Shown here piece after piece: positions 47,091-57,938 of a DNA stretch of 64,000 nucleotides. Below the pieces are notes generated by a model. The model was not told the origin of the DNA. It worked only from the letters and a program-made list of their open reading frames with translations, and ran no database searches. The translations under genes and the position numbers were made by a program. Source of the DNA: Hydrurus foetidus (lineage: Eukaryota); the NCBI GenBank assembly GCA_900617105.1, contig UYFQ01000057.1:1-64000 (forward strand), given 5' to 3'. Numbering within the stretch: the stretch's first letter is position 1; every line of letters begins with the position of its first letter.

Positions 47091-48281
47091 TCAACGCTGA
47101 TTACGAATCGGAACGGCCATTTCTTCGGCCTTGATCTCGCGCACCAGCTCAGGCACGCCCCAGGCGAAAGCCGGGTCTACCTTGATCTTGAAGTGGTACA
47201 TGCTTTGCATGGCTTGGTGGTCTTCCTTGCGGAAGGTCATCTTGCCCTTGGGTGTGCCAAAGCTCATGCCTTCCATGGTCTTGATCAGCGTGTTGGCACT
47301 GGTGTCGCCATTGCTGGCCTTGAGCGCCGTGACCACGGCCATCGCAGCCGAGAAACCACCGGCCGTGAAGAAGTCTGGCGGTGTCTTGAACTGGCTGTAG
47401 TGGCGCGCCACGAGGGCTTCGTTCACTGCATTCTTGGGCATGCCGAAGTAGTAGTAGGCGGCGCCTTCCATACCAGGGAACTGCTTGTAGGCCACCATGG
47501 CAGGCAAGATGTTGCCGCCGGTGACGATCTCAATGCCGTAGCGCTTCAAGTCCATGTCCGCGATCTTGAACGGATTGCCCGCACCGGCCCAAATGATCCA
47601 GATGACTTTCTTGCCGGGCAGGTCTTTGAGCTTGTCGATCAGGCGCTGGGCACCGGCGGTGAAATCGGTGGTGGCCGCTGGCAGGTACTCTTCATGGACG
47701 ATTTTGGCTTTCTTGATGGCTTCGCGGAAGGCCTTCACACCGTCGCGGCCAAAGGCGGTGTCCTGCGCCATCGTCGCAATGGTCACACCGGCCTTGTCCA
47801 GCGCCACGGCGTTGGCAATGGCGTCCTGGCTGCTGTTGCGGCCGGTGCGGAAGATGTACTTGTTCCACTTGTCACCGGTGATGGAATCCGCCACGGCGGG
47901 CTCGACCAACAAAATCTTTTTGTATTCCTCGGCCACCGGCAACATGGCCAGCGCGACGGGCGACGCGGTAGGGCCAACGGCCAGGTCCACTTTGTCGTCG
48001 CCATAGGCGGCGGCCAGCAGGCTCTTGCCCTGGTCGGGTTTGCCCTGGTCGTCTTTCTCGATCACAGTGATCTTCTTGCCGGCCACCATCATGGTGCCGC
48101 CGGTGGCGTAGTCCAGGCCCATCATGAAACCGGTCTGGGTCTGCTTGCCATAGGCTTCCAGCGCACCGGTCTTGTCATAGACGTGGGCAATGCGGATTTC
48201 TTTGGCTTGCCCGAAGGCGGCGAAGGACGAGAACGTGGCGACAGCGGTGGTGGCGAGGGCGACCCAGGTACGACGATGCAT
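47091..48281 (-). CDS. ABC substrate-binding protein (Liv-type)
   Basis: Signal peptide, KTGALEAYG, EPAVADSITG; GGAGA RBS. Confidence 0.92.
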   Translation of the reverse strand: MHRRTWVALATTAVATFSSFAAFGQAKEIRIAHVYDKTGALEAYGKQTQTGFMMGLDYATGGTMMVAGKKITVIEKDDQGKPDQGKSLLAAAYGDDKVDLAVGPTASPVALAMLPVAEEYKKILLVEPAVADSITGDKWNKYIFRTGRNSSQDAIANAVALDKAGVTIATMAQDTAFGRDGVKAFREAIKKAKIVHEEYLPAATTDFTAGAQRLIDKLKDLPGKKVIWIIWAGAGNPFKIADMDLKRYGIEIVTGGNILPAMVAYKQFPGMEGAAYYYFGMPKNAVNEALVARHYSQFKTPPDFFTAGGFSAAMAVVTALKASNGDTSANTLIKTMEGMSFGTPKGKMTFRKEDHQAMQSMYHFKIKVDPAFAWGVPELVREIKAEEMAVPIRNQR

Positions 48282-48320
48282 GGTTTTGTCTCCAAATGGT
48301 TTTACGGGATGCCATCGTAT

Positions 48321-48437
48321 TGCATGGGACGTGCCAGCGTGGGGAATCTTGTAAGTGCTTGATTTGATTGAGGGTGATTGCAATCATCAAAACACAGATG
48401 CCCAATAATCGAACAATATATGTCTAATAATTAAACA
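48321..48437 (-). promoter_or_regulatory. sigma54 promoter with IHF site and candidate enhancer sites
   Basis: TGGCAC-N5-ATGCA (48336-48321); AATCAAGCACTTA IHF match (48364-48352); TGT-N11-ACA at 48421-48437. Confidence 0.8.
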
Positions 48438-48443
48438 TATTGC

Positions 48444-48885
48444 CTAATATTCAGGCAGCCCAAGCCGGGCGTACAGCGTTGCCCGCGAGATACCTAATCG
48501 CTTGGCCGTCGCCCATTTGTTCCCGTTGCTGGCCTGCATCGCCGCCTGGATGGCTTGGCGCTCAAGCTCGGCGACCTGGACGGCCAAAGGGCGCAGCAGT
48601 GCGGTGTTGGGGGATGCGTTGTCCGTGGGCGTTGGTGCAAGCGCGGCCACTTGCACGGGGATTTGCGCCACCCCTGCGTCTTTCAGCACCTGGGCCACCA
48701 CGTCGGCATCAATGGAGGCGCTGTCGCTGCGCATGGCGGCTTGCTCCAGGACGTTGCGCAGCTCGCGGATGTTGCCGCGCCATGCCTGAGCGCACAGCAC
48801 GTCCAGGGCGGCGCGGCTGAGTTCGGGGGCTGGGGCATCGGAATGCAGGGCCACGTCTTCGCCCAGCACCTCCAGCAATGCGGCA

Positions 48886-48917
<32 letters not shown>

Positions 48918-49934
48918 GCGAATCGGCAGCACGTTGAGGCGGTAAAACAAATCCTCGCGGAAGCTGCCCGCGCGTACCAAACCCGCCAGGTCACGCGAGG
49001 TAGCGGCAATCACGCGCACATTCACGGGCAGCAGCTTGTTGGACCCCAGCGGTTCGACCTCGCCCTCTTGCAGCGCCCGCAGCAGCTTGCTTTGCAGGGC
49101 CTGCGGCATGTCGCCAATCTCGTCCAGAAACAGCGTGCCGCCATCGGCCAGGCGGAACTTGCCGTCGCGCCCCTTGCGGTCGGCGCCGGTGAAGGCACCG
49201 GGCGCGTAGCCAAAAAACTCGGCCTCCAGCAGCGTCTCAGGCACGGCGGCGATGTTGACGCTGATGAAAGGGCCGCGCGTGCGGCTGGATGCGGCGTGGA
49301 CGGCATGGGCCAGCAGCTCCTTGCCGGTGCCGGTTTCGCCCAGCAGCAGCACCGGGCTGCTGGAAAGTGCGGCACGACGTGCGTGGCGCTTGACCTCAAC
49401 CGCAGCCGGGCTTTGGCCCACAAAGCTGGCAAAGGTGTATTTGGACTGGCGCTGGTTCGTGGTTTGCAGGCGCTGGGTGGCCAGCTCGCGCCGGGCGTCG
49501 TCCAGGTCGCGCTGCAACAACGAGAACTTCTCGATCAGCGGCTGCAGTGTGGTCTCGGCATGGTCAAACAGCACGATGCCCAAGGCGCCAATCACCTGGC
49601 CCGCCGCGTCACGCAGCGGAATGCGGCTGACCACAAAGGTACCGGCCCGGTTGGTCAGCAAATCAATCAGGATGGGCTTGCCGGTCTCCAGCACCTGGTG
49701 CATCTGGGTGTTGTGCACCACCATGGAAACCGGGTGGCCGACGAAGTCTTCCTCACGCTCGAAACCCAGCGCGGGCAGGAAGCGTTTGTACTGGTCGTTG
49801 ATCCAGACCACGCGCGCCTGGCGGTCCACCAGCATCATGCCTTCGCTGGCGCTGGAGAACAGCGCAAACATGGAGCGTGCCGCCAGCTCCAGGATGCTCT
49901 GGGCGTCGCGTGGCAGGGAGTCGGGGGTGTCCAT
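48444..49934 (-). CDS. PAS-domain sigma54 enhancer-binding protein (Fis HTH)
   Basis: GETGTGKE, GAFTGA, FREDLFYRLNV, LGISRATLY. Confidence 0.96.
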
Positions 49935-49969
49935 GCGGCTATGTTAACCGTGGCCTGCGTCGTCAGTTC

Positions 49970-50015
49970 CACTATGAAAAAAGGAGCTGCTCCCGCATAT
50001 TCCACGCGGGCTACA
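49970..50015 (+). repeat. 46-bp dispersed repeat
   Basis: CACTATGAAAAAAGGAGCTGCTCCCGCATATTCCACGCGGGCTACA. Confidence 0.75.
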
Positions 50016-50041
50016 GCTCCTTTTAATACCTAAACGGGTGC

Positions 50042-51547
50042 TCAGGCAGCTAACGCAGGCTTCTTCGAGAAATGCTTGGCCACGCGCGGCAGCACCAGCA
50101 CCGCCAGCACGATGATCAGCAGGATCAGCGATACCGGGCGTTGCAGGAAGATCATGGCACTGCCCTCGCCAATCGACATCGCATTGCGCAGTTGCGCCTC
50201 GGCCAGGGGGCCCAAAATCATGCCCACGATGACTGGCGCCGTGGGGAAGTTGAAGCGCCGCATCACCAAGCCCAACACGCCAATGCCGTACAGCAGGAAC
50301 AGGTCAAACGCGCTTTGGCGCATGCCGTAGGTGCCCACCGTGGCAAAGATCAGGATGCCGGCGTACAACTGCGCCTTGGGCACCTTGAGCAGCTTGACCC
50401 ACAGACCGACCATGGGCAGGTTCAGCACCAGCAGCATCACGTTGCCGATGTAGAGCGACGCAATCAGCGCCCACACCAAGGCCGACGAGCTGGTGAACAG
50501 CTGCGGACCGGGCTGGATGCCGTAGTTCTGGAACGCGCCCAGCAAGATGGCCGTGGTGTTGGACACCGGAATGCCCAGCGTCAGCAGCGGAATCAGCGCG
50601 GTGGTCACCGTGGCATTGTTGGCCGCCTCGGGGCCGGCCACGCCCTCGATGGCGCCTTTGGTCCCGAACTCGGCCTGGTTCGCACCCTTGGCCAGCTTCT
50701 TCTCGGCCGCATAGCTCAGGAACGTCGGTATCTCGGTGCCCCCGGCAGGAATGCAGCCAAACGGCGCCCCAATGGCCGTGCCGCGCAGCCAGGCGGGGAT
50801 GGAGCGTTTCCAGTCCAGACGCGTCATGGTGACGCGGCTCATCTGGTTCTCGGACTCTTTCACCTTGCCTTCAAACAATACGGCGTGCAGCGCTTCGGCC
50901 ACCGCAAACAGGCCCACCGCCACCAGCACGATTTCCACACCGTCCAGCAGCTCCGGCACATTGCCGGTGTAGCGCGCCTGGCCGGTGATCTGGTCCATGC
51001 CAATCAGGCCGGCAGCCAACCCCAAAAACAAGGCGGTGAGGCCACGCACCGTGCTTTGGCCCAGCACCGCGCTCACCGTGGTGAACGCCAGCAGCATCAG
51101 ACAAAAGTACTCGGGTGGGCCGAGCTTGACGGCGTAGTCCGCCACCACGGGCGCAAACAGCGTGACCACAATGGTGGCAATGGTGCCGGCCACGAATGAG
51201 CCGATGGCCGAGGTGGCCAGGGCCGCACCGGCGCGGCCGCTCTTGGCCATCTTGTTGCCCTCCATGGCGGTGACCATGCTGGCGGTTTCTCCGGGGGTGT
51301 TCAGCAGGATGGAGGTGGTGGAGCCGCCGTACATCGCGCCGTAGTAAATGCCGGCAAAGAAGATCATGGAGGCGGTGGCGTCCACCTTGGTGGTGATGGG
51401 CAGCAGCATGGCCACGGCGGTGGCCGGGCCAATGCCGGGCAGCACGCCCACGGCAGTGCCGAGTGCGCAGCCCACAAAGGCCCACAACAGGTTCACCGGC
51501 GTACCTGCCGTGGCAAAGCCTTGTAAAAGTTGGTTCCAGATATCCAT
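50042..51547 (-). CDS. tctA: Tripartite tricarboxylate transporter TctA
   Basis: [28 protein letters not shown]. Confidence 0.95.
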   Translation of the reverse strand: MDIWNQLLQGFATAGTPVNLLWAFVGCALGTAVGVLPGIGPATAVAMLLPITTKVDATASMIFFAGIYYGAMYGGSTTSILLNTPGETASMVTAMEGNKMAKSGRAGAALATSAIGSFVAGTIATIVVTLFAPVVADYAVKLGPPEYFCLMLLAFTTVSAVLGQSTVRGLTALFLGLAAGLIGMDQITGQARYTGNVPELLDGVEIVLVAVGLFAVAEALHAVLFEGKVKESENQMSRVTMTRLDWKRSIPAWLRGTAIGAPFGCIPAGGTEIPTFLSYAAEKKLAKGANQAEFGTKGAIEGVAGPEAANNATVTTALIPLLTLGIPVSNTTAILLGAFQNYGIQPGPQLFTSSSALVWALIASLYIGNVMLLVLNLPMVGLWVKLLKVPKAQLYAGILIFATVGTYGMRQSAFDLFLLYGIGVLGLVMRRFNFPTAPVIVGMILGPLAEAQLRNAMSIGEGSAMIFLQRPVSLILLIIVLAVLVLPRVAKHFSKKPALAA

Positions 51548-52056
51548 CACAGCCACCCACTTTGCGTCAGACCTGGCAGGTTAATCGCCAGGAATTTGGT
51601 AAACATCCAGTACACCGGGGCCGAGATCAGCAAGCCCACCACGCCGTCCAGCAGCCAGGGCCGTAGGCCACTGCCCGCCTTGCCCTGCGCCAGCCGCATG
51701 CCGCGCGACGCCATCACAAAACACAGCGTGCAGCTAAAGACAAAGCCGATGGTGGTGATCAGGGCCGCGTTGAGTAGCAGGCCGGCCGACATCCAGACAA
51801 AGCCCATCCAATGCGGCGCCTCGTCCCCATCGGCCTCTTCCATGTCACGGAACCCGCCCGTACGTGCTTCCCAAACCAGAAAGCCACCGCACAGCAGCAG
51901 CGACACCGAGACCAACCAGGGTAAAAAGTCAGGCCCAACGCCGGCATAGCCAGCATCCGAGGGGATGAACCAGGCGCCCGCCGCAAGCCCCACGGCTAGC
52001 ACCAACACGCCCGCCCCCACCAGCAGTTGCTGGCGCAATGCGAGGGTCAGAGCCAT
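51547..52056 (-). CDS. tctB: Tripartite tricarboxylate transporter TctB
   Basis: Small multi-TM protein with a GP..P motif, between tctC and tctA. Confidence 0.9.
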   Translation of the reverse strand: MALTLALRQQLLVGAGVLVLAVGLAAGAWFIPSDAGYAGVGPDFLPWLVSVSLLLCGGFLVWEARTGGFRDMEEADGDEAPHWMGFVWMSAGLLLNAALITTIGFVFSCTLCFVMASRGMRLAQGKAGSGLRPWLLDGVVGLLISAPVYWMFTKFLAINLPGLTQSGWL

Positions 52057-53015
52057 CACACCATGCCCGACAAATGCATGATGCCGCGCAGGCTGGCGAA
52101 TTCGTTGTCCACAAATTCGTCAAAGGCCTTGCCGGTCATCAGCGCAGGGGTCCAAGCGTTCTTCTCCAGCGACTCGGCCCAGGACTTGGTCTTGGTGGCC
52201 TTGACCACCATCTCGGTCAGCTCCGCGCGCTGCTCGGCTGTGATGCCAGCGGCGCCGTATATCGCGCGCCAGTTGCCCAGCACCACGTCAAAACCTTGCT
52301 CTTTCATGGTGGGTACATTGACGCCCGGCAGGCGTTTTTCCGATGTCACACCAATCGCGCGCATCTTGCCCGCGGCGATGTACTCGGCAAACTCGCTGTA
52401 GCCGCTGCCCCCCACGGTCACGTTGCCGCCCAGCACGGCAGCCGTCGCTTCGCCGCCGCCACGGAAGGCCACGTAGTTCACCTTCTTGGGGTCCACACCC
52501 ACCTTGGTGGCCAGCATGGAGGCACAGATGTGCTCCGTGGAACCGCGCGAGCCGCCACCCCACTTCACGCTGCCGGGGTCCTTCTGCATCTGGGCCACCA
52601 CGTCTTTCATGGTCTTCAGCGGCGAGTCGGCAGGCACCACAAACACGTTGTATTCGCTGGTGATGCGCGCAATCGGTGTGGCCTTGTCCAGCGACACGGC
52701 GGGCTTGCCGGTGATGATGCCGCCCACCATCACCGCGCCGGTGATCATGATGGAGTTCACATCGCCCTTGGCGGAATTCACAAACTGGGCCAGGCCAATC
52801 ACACCGGCGGCACCGCCCTTGTTCTCGTACTGCACCGTGTCGGCCACCTTGGCTTCCAGCAAGGCTTTGCCCAGTGCGCGGCCCGTGGTATCCCAGCCAC
52901 CACCAGGGTTGGCGGGGATCATCATCTTCAGGTTGGCAGCTGCACGGGCGGTCAGCGGCAAGGCACCGGCAGCGGCCAGCACGGCCATGGATTTGAGGAA
53001 GGTATCGCGACGCAT
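52056..53015 (-). CDS. tctC: TctC/Bug substrate-binding protein
   Basis: PANPGGGWD, NKGGAAG, FRGGGEA. Confidence 0.94.
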   Translation of the reverse strand: MRRDTFLKSMAVLAAAGALPLTARAAANLKMMIPANPGGGWDTTGRALGKALLEAKVADTVQYENKGGAAGVIGLAQFVNSAKGDVNSIMITGAVMVGGIITGKPAVSLDKATPIARITSEYNVFVVPADSPLKTMKDVVAQMQKDPGSVKWGGGSRGSTEHICASMLATKVGVDPKKVNYVAFRGGGEATAAVLGGNVTVGGSGYSEFAEYIAAGKMRAIGVTSEKRLPGVNVPTMKEQGFDVVLGNWRAIYGAAGITAEQRAELTEMVVKATKTKSWAESLEKNAWTPALMTGKAFDEFVDNEFASLRGIMHLSGMV

Positions 53016-53122
53016 GGGGAGTCTCCTTTGTGTGATTACAGGACCTATGATGCGCAGCGAGCCTGTCAAACGGCTGTCCTTTTCCCTAGGTAAAAACCCC
53101 AGCCTTCACCCACCCGCCTGCG

Positions 53123-53797
53123 ATGCACCTGTTGCTGATTGAAGACGACGCTGCCCTGCACACCACGCTGCAGCGCAGCTTGGTGCGTGCGCGGATGCGG
53201 GTGGATGTGTGCAGCGATGGCGCGCAGGCCCTGGCCGCCTGGCAGACGCTGGAGCCCGACGTGGTGGTGCTGGACCTGAGCCTGCCCGGGCGCGATGGAC
53301 TGGATGTGCTCATGGATGCGCGCACCGCCGGCCTGAAGACACCAGTGCTGATACTCACCGCGCGCGGCACCGTGGGTGACAAGGTGCTGGGCCTGAACGC
53401 CGGCGCCGACGACTACCTGCCCAAGCCCTTTGACCTGGACGAACTCGAAGCGCGGGTGCGCGCCCTGCACCGCCGCCACGGCGGTGCCACACAAGCCACT
53501 GGCGATGCCCAAGTGGGCAGCCTGCGGCTGGACCGCACCAGTGGCGCGATGTACCACCGCCATGAGGTGCTGGACCTCACCCCGCGTGAGCTGGCTTTGA
53601 TGGCCGCACTGATGGCCCGCCCCGGCCACGCCGTACCGAAGGAGCGCCTGTTTGAAGTGGTGTTTCCGGGTGAGGCCGATGTGCAGTTCGAGGCGATTGA
53701 AGTGGTGGTGTACCGCCTGCGCAAAAAACTCAGCGCCACCGGCGTGCAGCTGGTCACGCTGCGCGGCCTGGGCTACCTGCTGAAAGTGGCCACCTGA
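53123..53797 (+). CDS. tctD: OmpR-family response regulator (TctD-like)
   Basis: REC domain plus wHTH, divergent from tctC. Confidence 0.88.
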   Translation: MHLLLIEDDAALHTTLQRSLVRARMRVDVCSDGAQALAAWQTLEPDVVVLDLSLPGRDGLDVLMDARTAGLKTPVLILTARGTVGDKVLGLNAGADDYLPKPFDLDELEARVRALHRRHGGATQATGDAQVGSLRLDRTSGAMYHRHEVLDLTPRELALMAALMARPGHAVPKERLFEVVFPGEADVQFEAIEVVVYRLRKKLSATGVQLVTLRGLGYLLKVAT

Positions 53798-53798
53798 G

Positions 53799-55223
53799 AT
53801 GGCCGGGCCCACGACCAGCCTGTCGCTGCGCCGAAGTTTGCTGCTGGGCATTTTGCTGCCCGTGCTGCTGTTTGTGGTGGTGGACACGGTCAGCCTCTAC
53901 CGCCAGGCACTCAGTGCCGTCAACACGGCCTACGACCGCACACTGCTGGCCTCAGCCAAGGCGATTGGCGAGCAGTTGAATATAGAGGGAGAAGGCAACC
54001 AGGCGCGCCTGCGTGCGCTGCTGCCGTACGCGGCGCTCGAAGCCTTTGAGGCCGACAACCGCAGCCGCATGGTCTACCGCGTGTCCGATGCCAAGGGCGT
54101 GTGGGTGGATGGCGATGCGGACCTGACCGCCTGGCACGGCACCCTGCCCAACCAGGGGCCGTATGCGGCACTGGTGGATTTCTACGACGACAGCTTTCGC
54201 GGCGACGCCGTGCGCGTGGCCGTGCTGCTGCAACCGGTGGCCAGCGGGCGCGAGCGCACCATGGCCACGGTACAGGTGGCCGAGACGCTGGAGTTGCGCC
54301 GCACGCTGGCGCGGCAAATTCTGGTCGACACGTTACAGCGCCAGGCCATTCTGATCACCGTGATCACGGCCGTGGTGCTGATCGTGGTGCAGCGCGTCAC
54401 CCGGCCCGTGCGGCGCCTGAGCAGTAACCTGCAGCAGCGCTCCGAGGACGACCTGACGCCGCTGGAAGCCTCCGACCTGCCGCGTGAAATCCGCCCACTG
54501 ACCGATGCGACCAACCAGGTGATGCAGCGCCTGCAGCACCTGCTGGACCACCAAAAGCGCTTTGTGCGCGACGCTGCGCACCAGCTGCGCACGCCGTTGG
54601 CAGTGCTCAAGGTGCAAGTGCAGTCCGCACTGCGCGGCGATGTAGGCCAAACCGAGGCCCTGCAGGAAATCCAGGTCACCGTGGACCGCGCCATCCAGCT
54701 GGCCAACCAGATGCTCTCGCTGGCCAAGGTGGAGCAGGTCAAACAGCAGCAGGACTTTGCGCCCATGGACTGGTCAGACGCCGTGCGCGCCGTGGCGCTG
54801 GATGTGGCGCCCCTGATTGCCGAGAAAGACCTGGACTTTGACATCCACACCATGCCCTGCCGCGTGCATGCCCATGAGTGGATGCTGCGGGAGATGGCGC
54901 GCAACCTGCTGCACAACGCGGTGCGCCTGACGCCGCAGGGCGGGCGCCTCAGCGTGCAGATGGCGCTGGCCGATGGTGCAGCTGAACTGACCATTCACGA
55001 CAGTGGCCCGGGCATTTCGGACGAGCTGCGCATGCGCCTGTTCCAACCCTTTGCAGCCGGCCACGCCCATTCAGGCTCGGGCCTGGGCCTGACTATCACC
55101 CGCGAAATGGTCAAGGCCCTGGGCGGCAGCATCCAGCTGAACAACCGCTATGCACAGGGACTGATCGCCGGGCTGGACGCCAGCGTGCGCCTGCCTCTTT
55201 ACCATTCCCCTTCCACCCACTAA
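53799..55223 (+). CDS. tctE: Sensor histidine kinase (TctE-like)
   Basis: AYDRTL, AAHQLRTPL, DSGPG, GSGLGL. Confidence 0.88.
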   Translation: MAGPTTSLSLRRSLLLGILLPVLLFVVVDTVSLYRQALSAVNTAYDRTLLASAKAIGEQLNIEGEGNQARLRALLPYAALEAFEADNRSRMVYRVSDAKGVWVDGDADLTAWHGTLPNQGPYAALVDFYDDSFRGDAVRVAVLLQPVASGRERTMATVQVAETLELRRTLARQILVDTLQRQAILITVITAVVLIVVQRVTRPVRRLSSNLQQRSEDDLTPLEASDLPREIRPLTDATNQVMQRLQHLLDHQKRFVRDAAHQLRTPLAVLKVQVQSALRGDVGQTEALQEIQVTVDRAIQLANQMLSLAKVEQVKQQQDFAPMDWSDAVRAVALDVAPLIAEKDLDFDIHTMPCRVHAHEWMLREMARNLLHNAVRLTPQGGRLSVQMALADGAAELTIHDSGPGISDELRMRLFQPFAAGHAHSGSGLGLTITREMVKALGGSIQLNNRYAQGLIAGLDASVRLPLYHSPSTH

Positions 55224-55233
55224 GGTCTGGCCC

Positions 55234-55638
55234 ATGGAATCCACCCGTATCGACAAATGGCTTTGGGCCGCCCGCTTCTTCAAAACCCGCTCGCTGGCCA
55301 CCGAGGAGGTCAACAAAGGCCATGTGCAGATGGAGCAACGCGACATCAAGCCATCCAAGGACATTCGGGCGGGCGATGTGCTGACCATCTGGCAGGCCAA
55401 AATCCCGCGCACCGTGGTGGTCAAGGGCGTGAGCGACCAGCGCGGTTCCGCCCCCGTGGCGCAACAGCTCTACGAAGAAGCCCCGGAAAGCCTGGCCAAA
55501 CGCACCGCCATGGCCGAGCACAACCGCCTTGCCGCCGAGCCGGCCCACGCCATCGAACATGGCCGCCCGACCAAAAAAGACCGGCGCGAGCTGCAAAAGA
55601 GCTGGAATTCGCGCTGGAGCGCCTCCATAGACTCCTGA
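55234..55638 (+). CDS. hslR: S4-domain heat-shock protein Hsp15
   Basis: RIDKWLWAARFFKTRSLA, GRPTKKDRR. Confidence 0.92.
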   Translation: MESTRIDKWLWAARFFKTRSLATEEVNKGHVQMEQRDIKPSKDIRAGDVLTIWQAKIPRTVVVKGVSDQRGSAPVAQQLYEEAPESLAKRTAMAEHNRLAAEPAHAIEHGRPTKKDRRELQKSWNSRWSASIDS

Positions 55639-55742
55639 CCCTGGCGACAGGCTGGCGGGTGGATTGCGGCGATAATTGGGTACCGTCTCACCTGGCTTGG
55701 CCCAGCGTGCTGGCAGCACACACCATGAAAGCCGTTTTTCCC

Positions 55743-56858
55743 ATGACCGCCCTCTCCCCCGTTTCCATTTCCCCGGTTGAAGACATCGTGGCCGACATGC
55801 GCGCGGGCCGCATGGTAATTTTGGTGGACGAAGAAGACCGCGAAAACGAAGGCGACCTGGTTCTGGCCGCTGACCATGTGACGGCCGACGCCATCAACTT
55901 CATGGCCAAATTTGGCCGTGGCCTGATTTGCCTGACCCTGACCCGCGAGCGCTGCGAGCTGCTCAAGCTGCCCCCCATGGCCACCCGCAATGGCACCAAG
56001 CACAGCACCGCCTTCACCGTGTCGATTGAAGCCGCCGAGGGGGTGACCACCGGCATTTCCGCCGCCGACCGCGCCCGCACCGTGCAGGCTGCTGTGGCCA
56101 AGGGTGCCGTGGCCAATGACCTGGTGCAGCCCGGCCACATCTTCCCGCTGCAGGCCGTAGATGGCGGCGTGCTCATGCGCGCGGGCCACACCGAAGCGGG
56201 CTGCGACCTGTCCGCCATGGCCGGCTGCACGCCCGCCGCCGTGATCTGCGAGATCATGAAGGACGACGGCACCATGGCCCGCCTGCCCGACTTGCAGCTC
56301 TTCGCTGCCGAGCACGGCCTGAAGATCGGCACCATTGCCGACCTGATCGAGCACCGCAGCCGCAACGAATCGTTGATCGAAAAATTGGGCGTACGCCCTA
56401 TGCAAACCGCCTACGGCGAGTTCACCGCCCACGCCTTCCGCGACACCACCGGCCAAGGCGTGCACATGGCGCTGGTCAAGGGCAGCTGGACGGCGGACAC
56501 CGTGGTGCCCGCCCGCGTGCACGAGCCGCTGTCGGTGCTGGACGCGCTGGAGATCAACCGTTCCATGCACAGCTGGAGCCTGGACACGGCGCTGGCCCAC
56601 ATTGCCAAGGAAGGCCGGGGCGTGTTGGTACTGCTGAACTGCGGCGAAACCGGTGAACAACTGCTGTCCCAGTTTGAAGGCACGGCACGCGCCTCACAAG
56701 CACCCGAACGCGGCCGCATTGACCTGCGCACTTATGGCATTGGCGCCCAAATCCTGCTGCAATGCGGTGTGCACAAGGTCCAGCTCATGGGCAGCCCGCG
56801 CCGCATGCCCAGCGTGACCGGCTACGGCCTGGAAATCACCGGCTATATCTGTAAATAA
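55743..56858 (+). CDS. ribBA: DHBP synthase / GTP cyclohydrolase II-like fusion
   Basis: [18 protein letters not shown]-terminal [10 protein letters not shown]. Confidence 0.95.
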   Translation: MTALSPVSISPVEDIVADMRAGRMVILVDEEDRENEGDLVLAADHVTADAINFMAKFGRGLICLTLTRERCELLKLPPMATRNGTKHSTAFTVSIEAAEGVTTGISAADRARTVQAAVAKGAVANDLVQPGHIFPLQAVDGGVLMRAGHTEAGCDLSAMAGCTPAAVICEIMKDDGTMARLPDLQLFAAEHGLKIGTIADLIEHRSRNESLIEKLGVRPMQTAYGEFTAHAFRDTTGQGVHMALVKGSWTADTVVPARVHEPLSVLDALEINRSMHSWSLDTALAHIAKEGRGVLVLLNCGETGEQLLSQFEGTARASQAPERGRIDLRTYGIGAQILLQCGVHKVQLMGSPRRMPSVTGYGLEITGYICK

Positions 56859-56914
56859 ATGACTTGGCGGGACAGATCTTCGGCTCTGTCCCCAACTTGA
56901 AAGGAATTTTGACT

Positions 56915-57382
56915 ATGTTTGGCGCAGACAAAGGCACCACCACCGAAGACCGTTTGAACGGCAAAAAACTCTCCATCGGCATCGTGCAGGCGCGCTTCAA
57001 CGCCAGCGTGACCGATGCGCTGGCCGCAGCCTGTATTGCCGAGCTGGTGGCGCTGGGTGTGTCCGACAAGGACATTGACCACGTGACCGTGCCTGGCGCG
57101 CTGGAAGTGCCTGTGGCCCTGCAGGCCCTGGCCGAAAAAGGAAAGTACGACGCGCTGGTTGCATTGGGCTGCATCATCCGCGGCGAGACCTACCACTTTG
57201 AGCTGGTGGCCAACGAATCCGGCGCTGCCGTAACCCGCCTGGCGCTGGACTACCAACTGCCCATCGCCAACGCGATTTTGACCACCGAAGACATGCCCCA
57301 AGCCATTGCACGCCAAGACGAAAAAGGCCGCGATGCAGCCCGTGTGGCGGTGGAAATGGCGAACCTGCTGGAAAGTATTTAA
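56915..57382 (+). CDS. ribH: Lumazine synthase
   Basis: [19 protein letters not shown]. Confidence 0.97.
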   Translation: MFGADKGTTTEDRLNGKKLSIGIVQARFNASVTDALAAACIAELVALGVSDKDIDHVTVPGALEVPVALQALAEKGKYDALVALGCIIRGETYHFELVANESGAAVTRLALDYQLPIANAILTTEDMPQAIARQDEKGRDAARVAVEMANLLESI

Positions 57383-57921
57383 TGAGCGATACCCCCTCCT
57401 CCTCTACGGCCAAGCGCCCTCCCCGCCAGTCCCGTACTGGGCTGACGGCCACCGGCGCCCGCAAGGCCACTGGCAAGTCCAACCGCACCCGTGCACGAGA
57501 ATTTGCGCTGCAAGGCCTGTACCAAAGCCTGGTGGGCCGCAATACGGTGGAAGATATTGACCCGTTCACCCGTGACCTGGCCGGTTTCAGCAAGGCCGAT
57601 GCGGCCCACTTTGATGCCCTGCTGCACGGCTGCATAGAGCAAGCCGAGCAGCTCGATGCGCTGATCGTTCCGCTGCTGGACCGCCCGCTGGCCGAGATCT
57701 CGCCGGTAGAGCGCTCCGTACTGTGGATTGGCGTGTACGAATTCCAGCATTGCCTGGATGTGCCGTGGCGCGTGGTGCTCAATGAGTGCGTGGAGCTGGC
57801 CAAGGAGTTTGGCGGCACCGATGGTCACAAGTATGTGAACGGCGTGCTCAACGGCCTGGCGCCCAGCCTGCGTGCCCTCGAAGTGGAAGCCGACAAGGGC
57901 AAGAAATCCCGCAAGGCTTAG
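57382..57921 (+). CDS. nusB: Transcription antitermination factor
   Basis: [25 protein letters not shown]. Confidence 0.97.
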   Translation: MSDTPSSSTAKRPPRQSRTGLTATGARKATGKSNRTRAREFALQGLYQSLVGRNTVEDIDPFTRDLAGFSKADAAHFDALLHGCIEQAEQLDALIVPLLDRPLAEISPVERSVLWIGVYEFQHCLDVPWRVVLNECVELAKEFGGTDGHKYVNGVLNGLAPSLRALEVEADKGKKSRKA

Positions 57922-57938
57922 TGCGCAGTACCTCACCC

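Noticed and set aside
3937..47100. Long antisense ORFs (e.g. 3937-5721, 8030-9340, 10167-12878, 42187-44523, 45349-47100)
   Set aside because: They are shadow frames of well-supported genes in high-GC DNA and have no motifs of their own.
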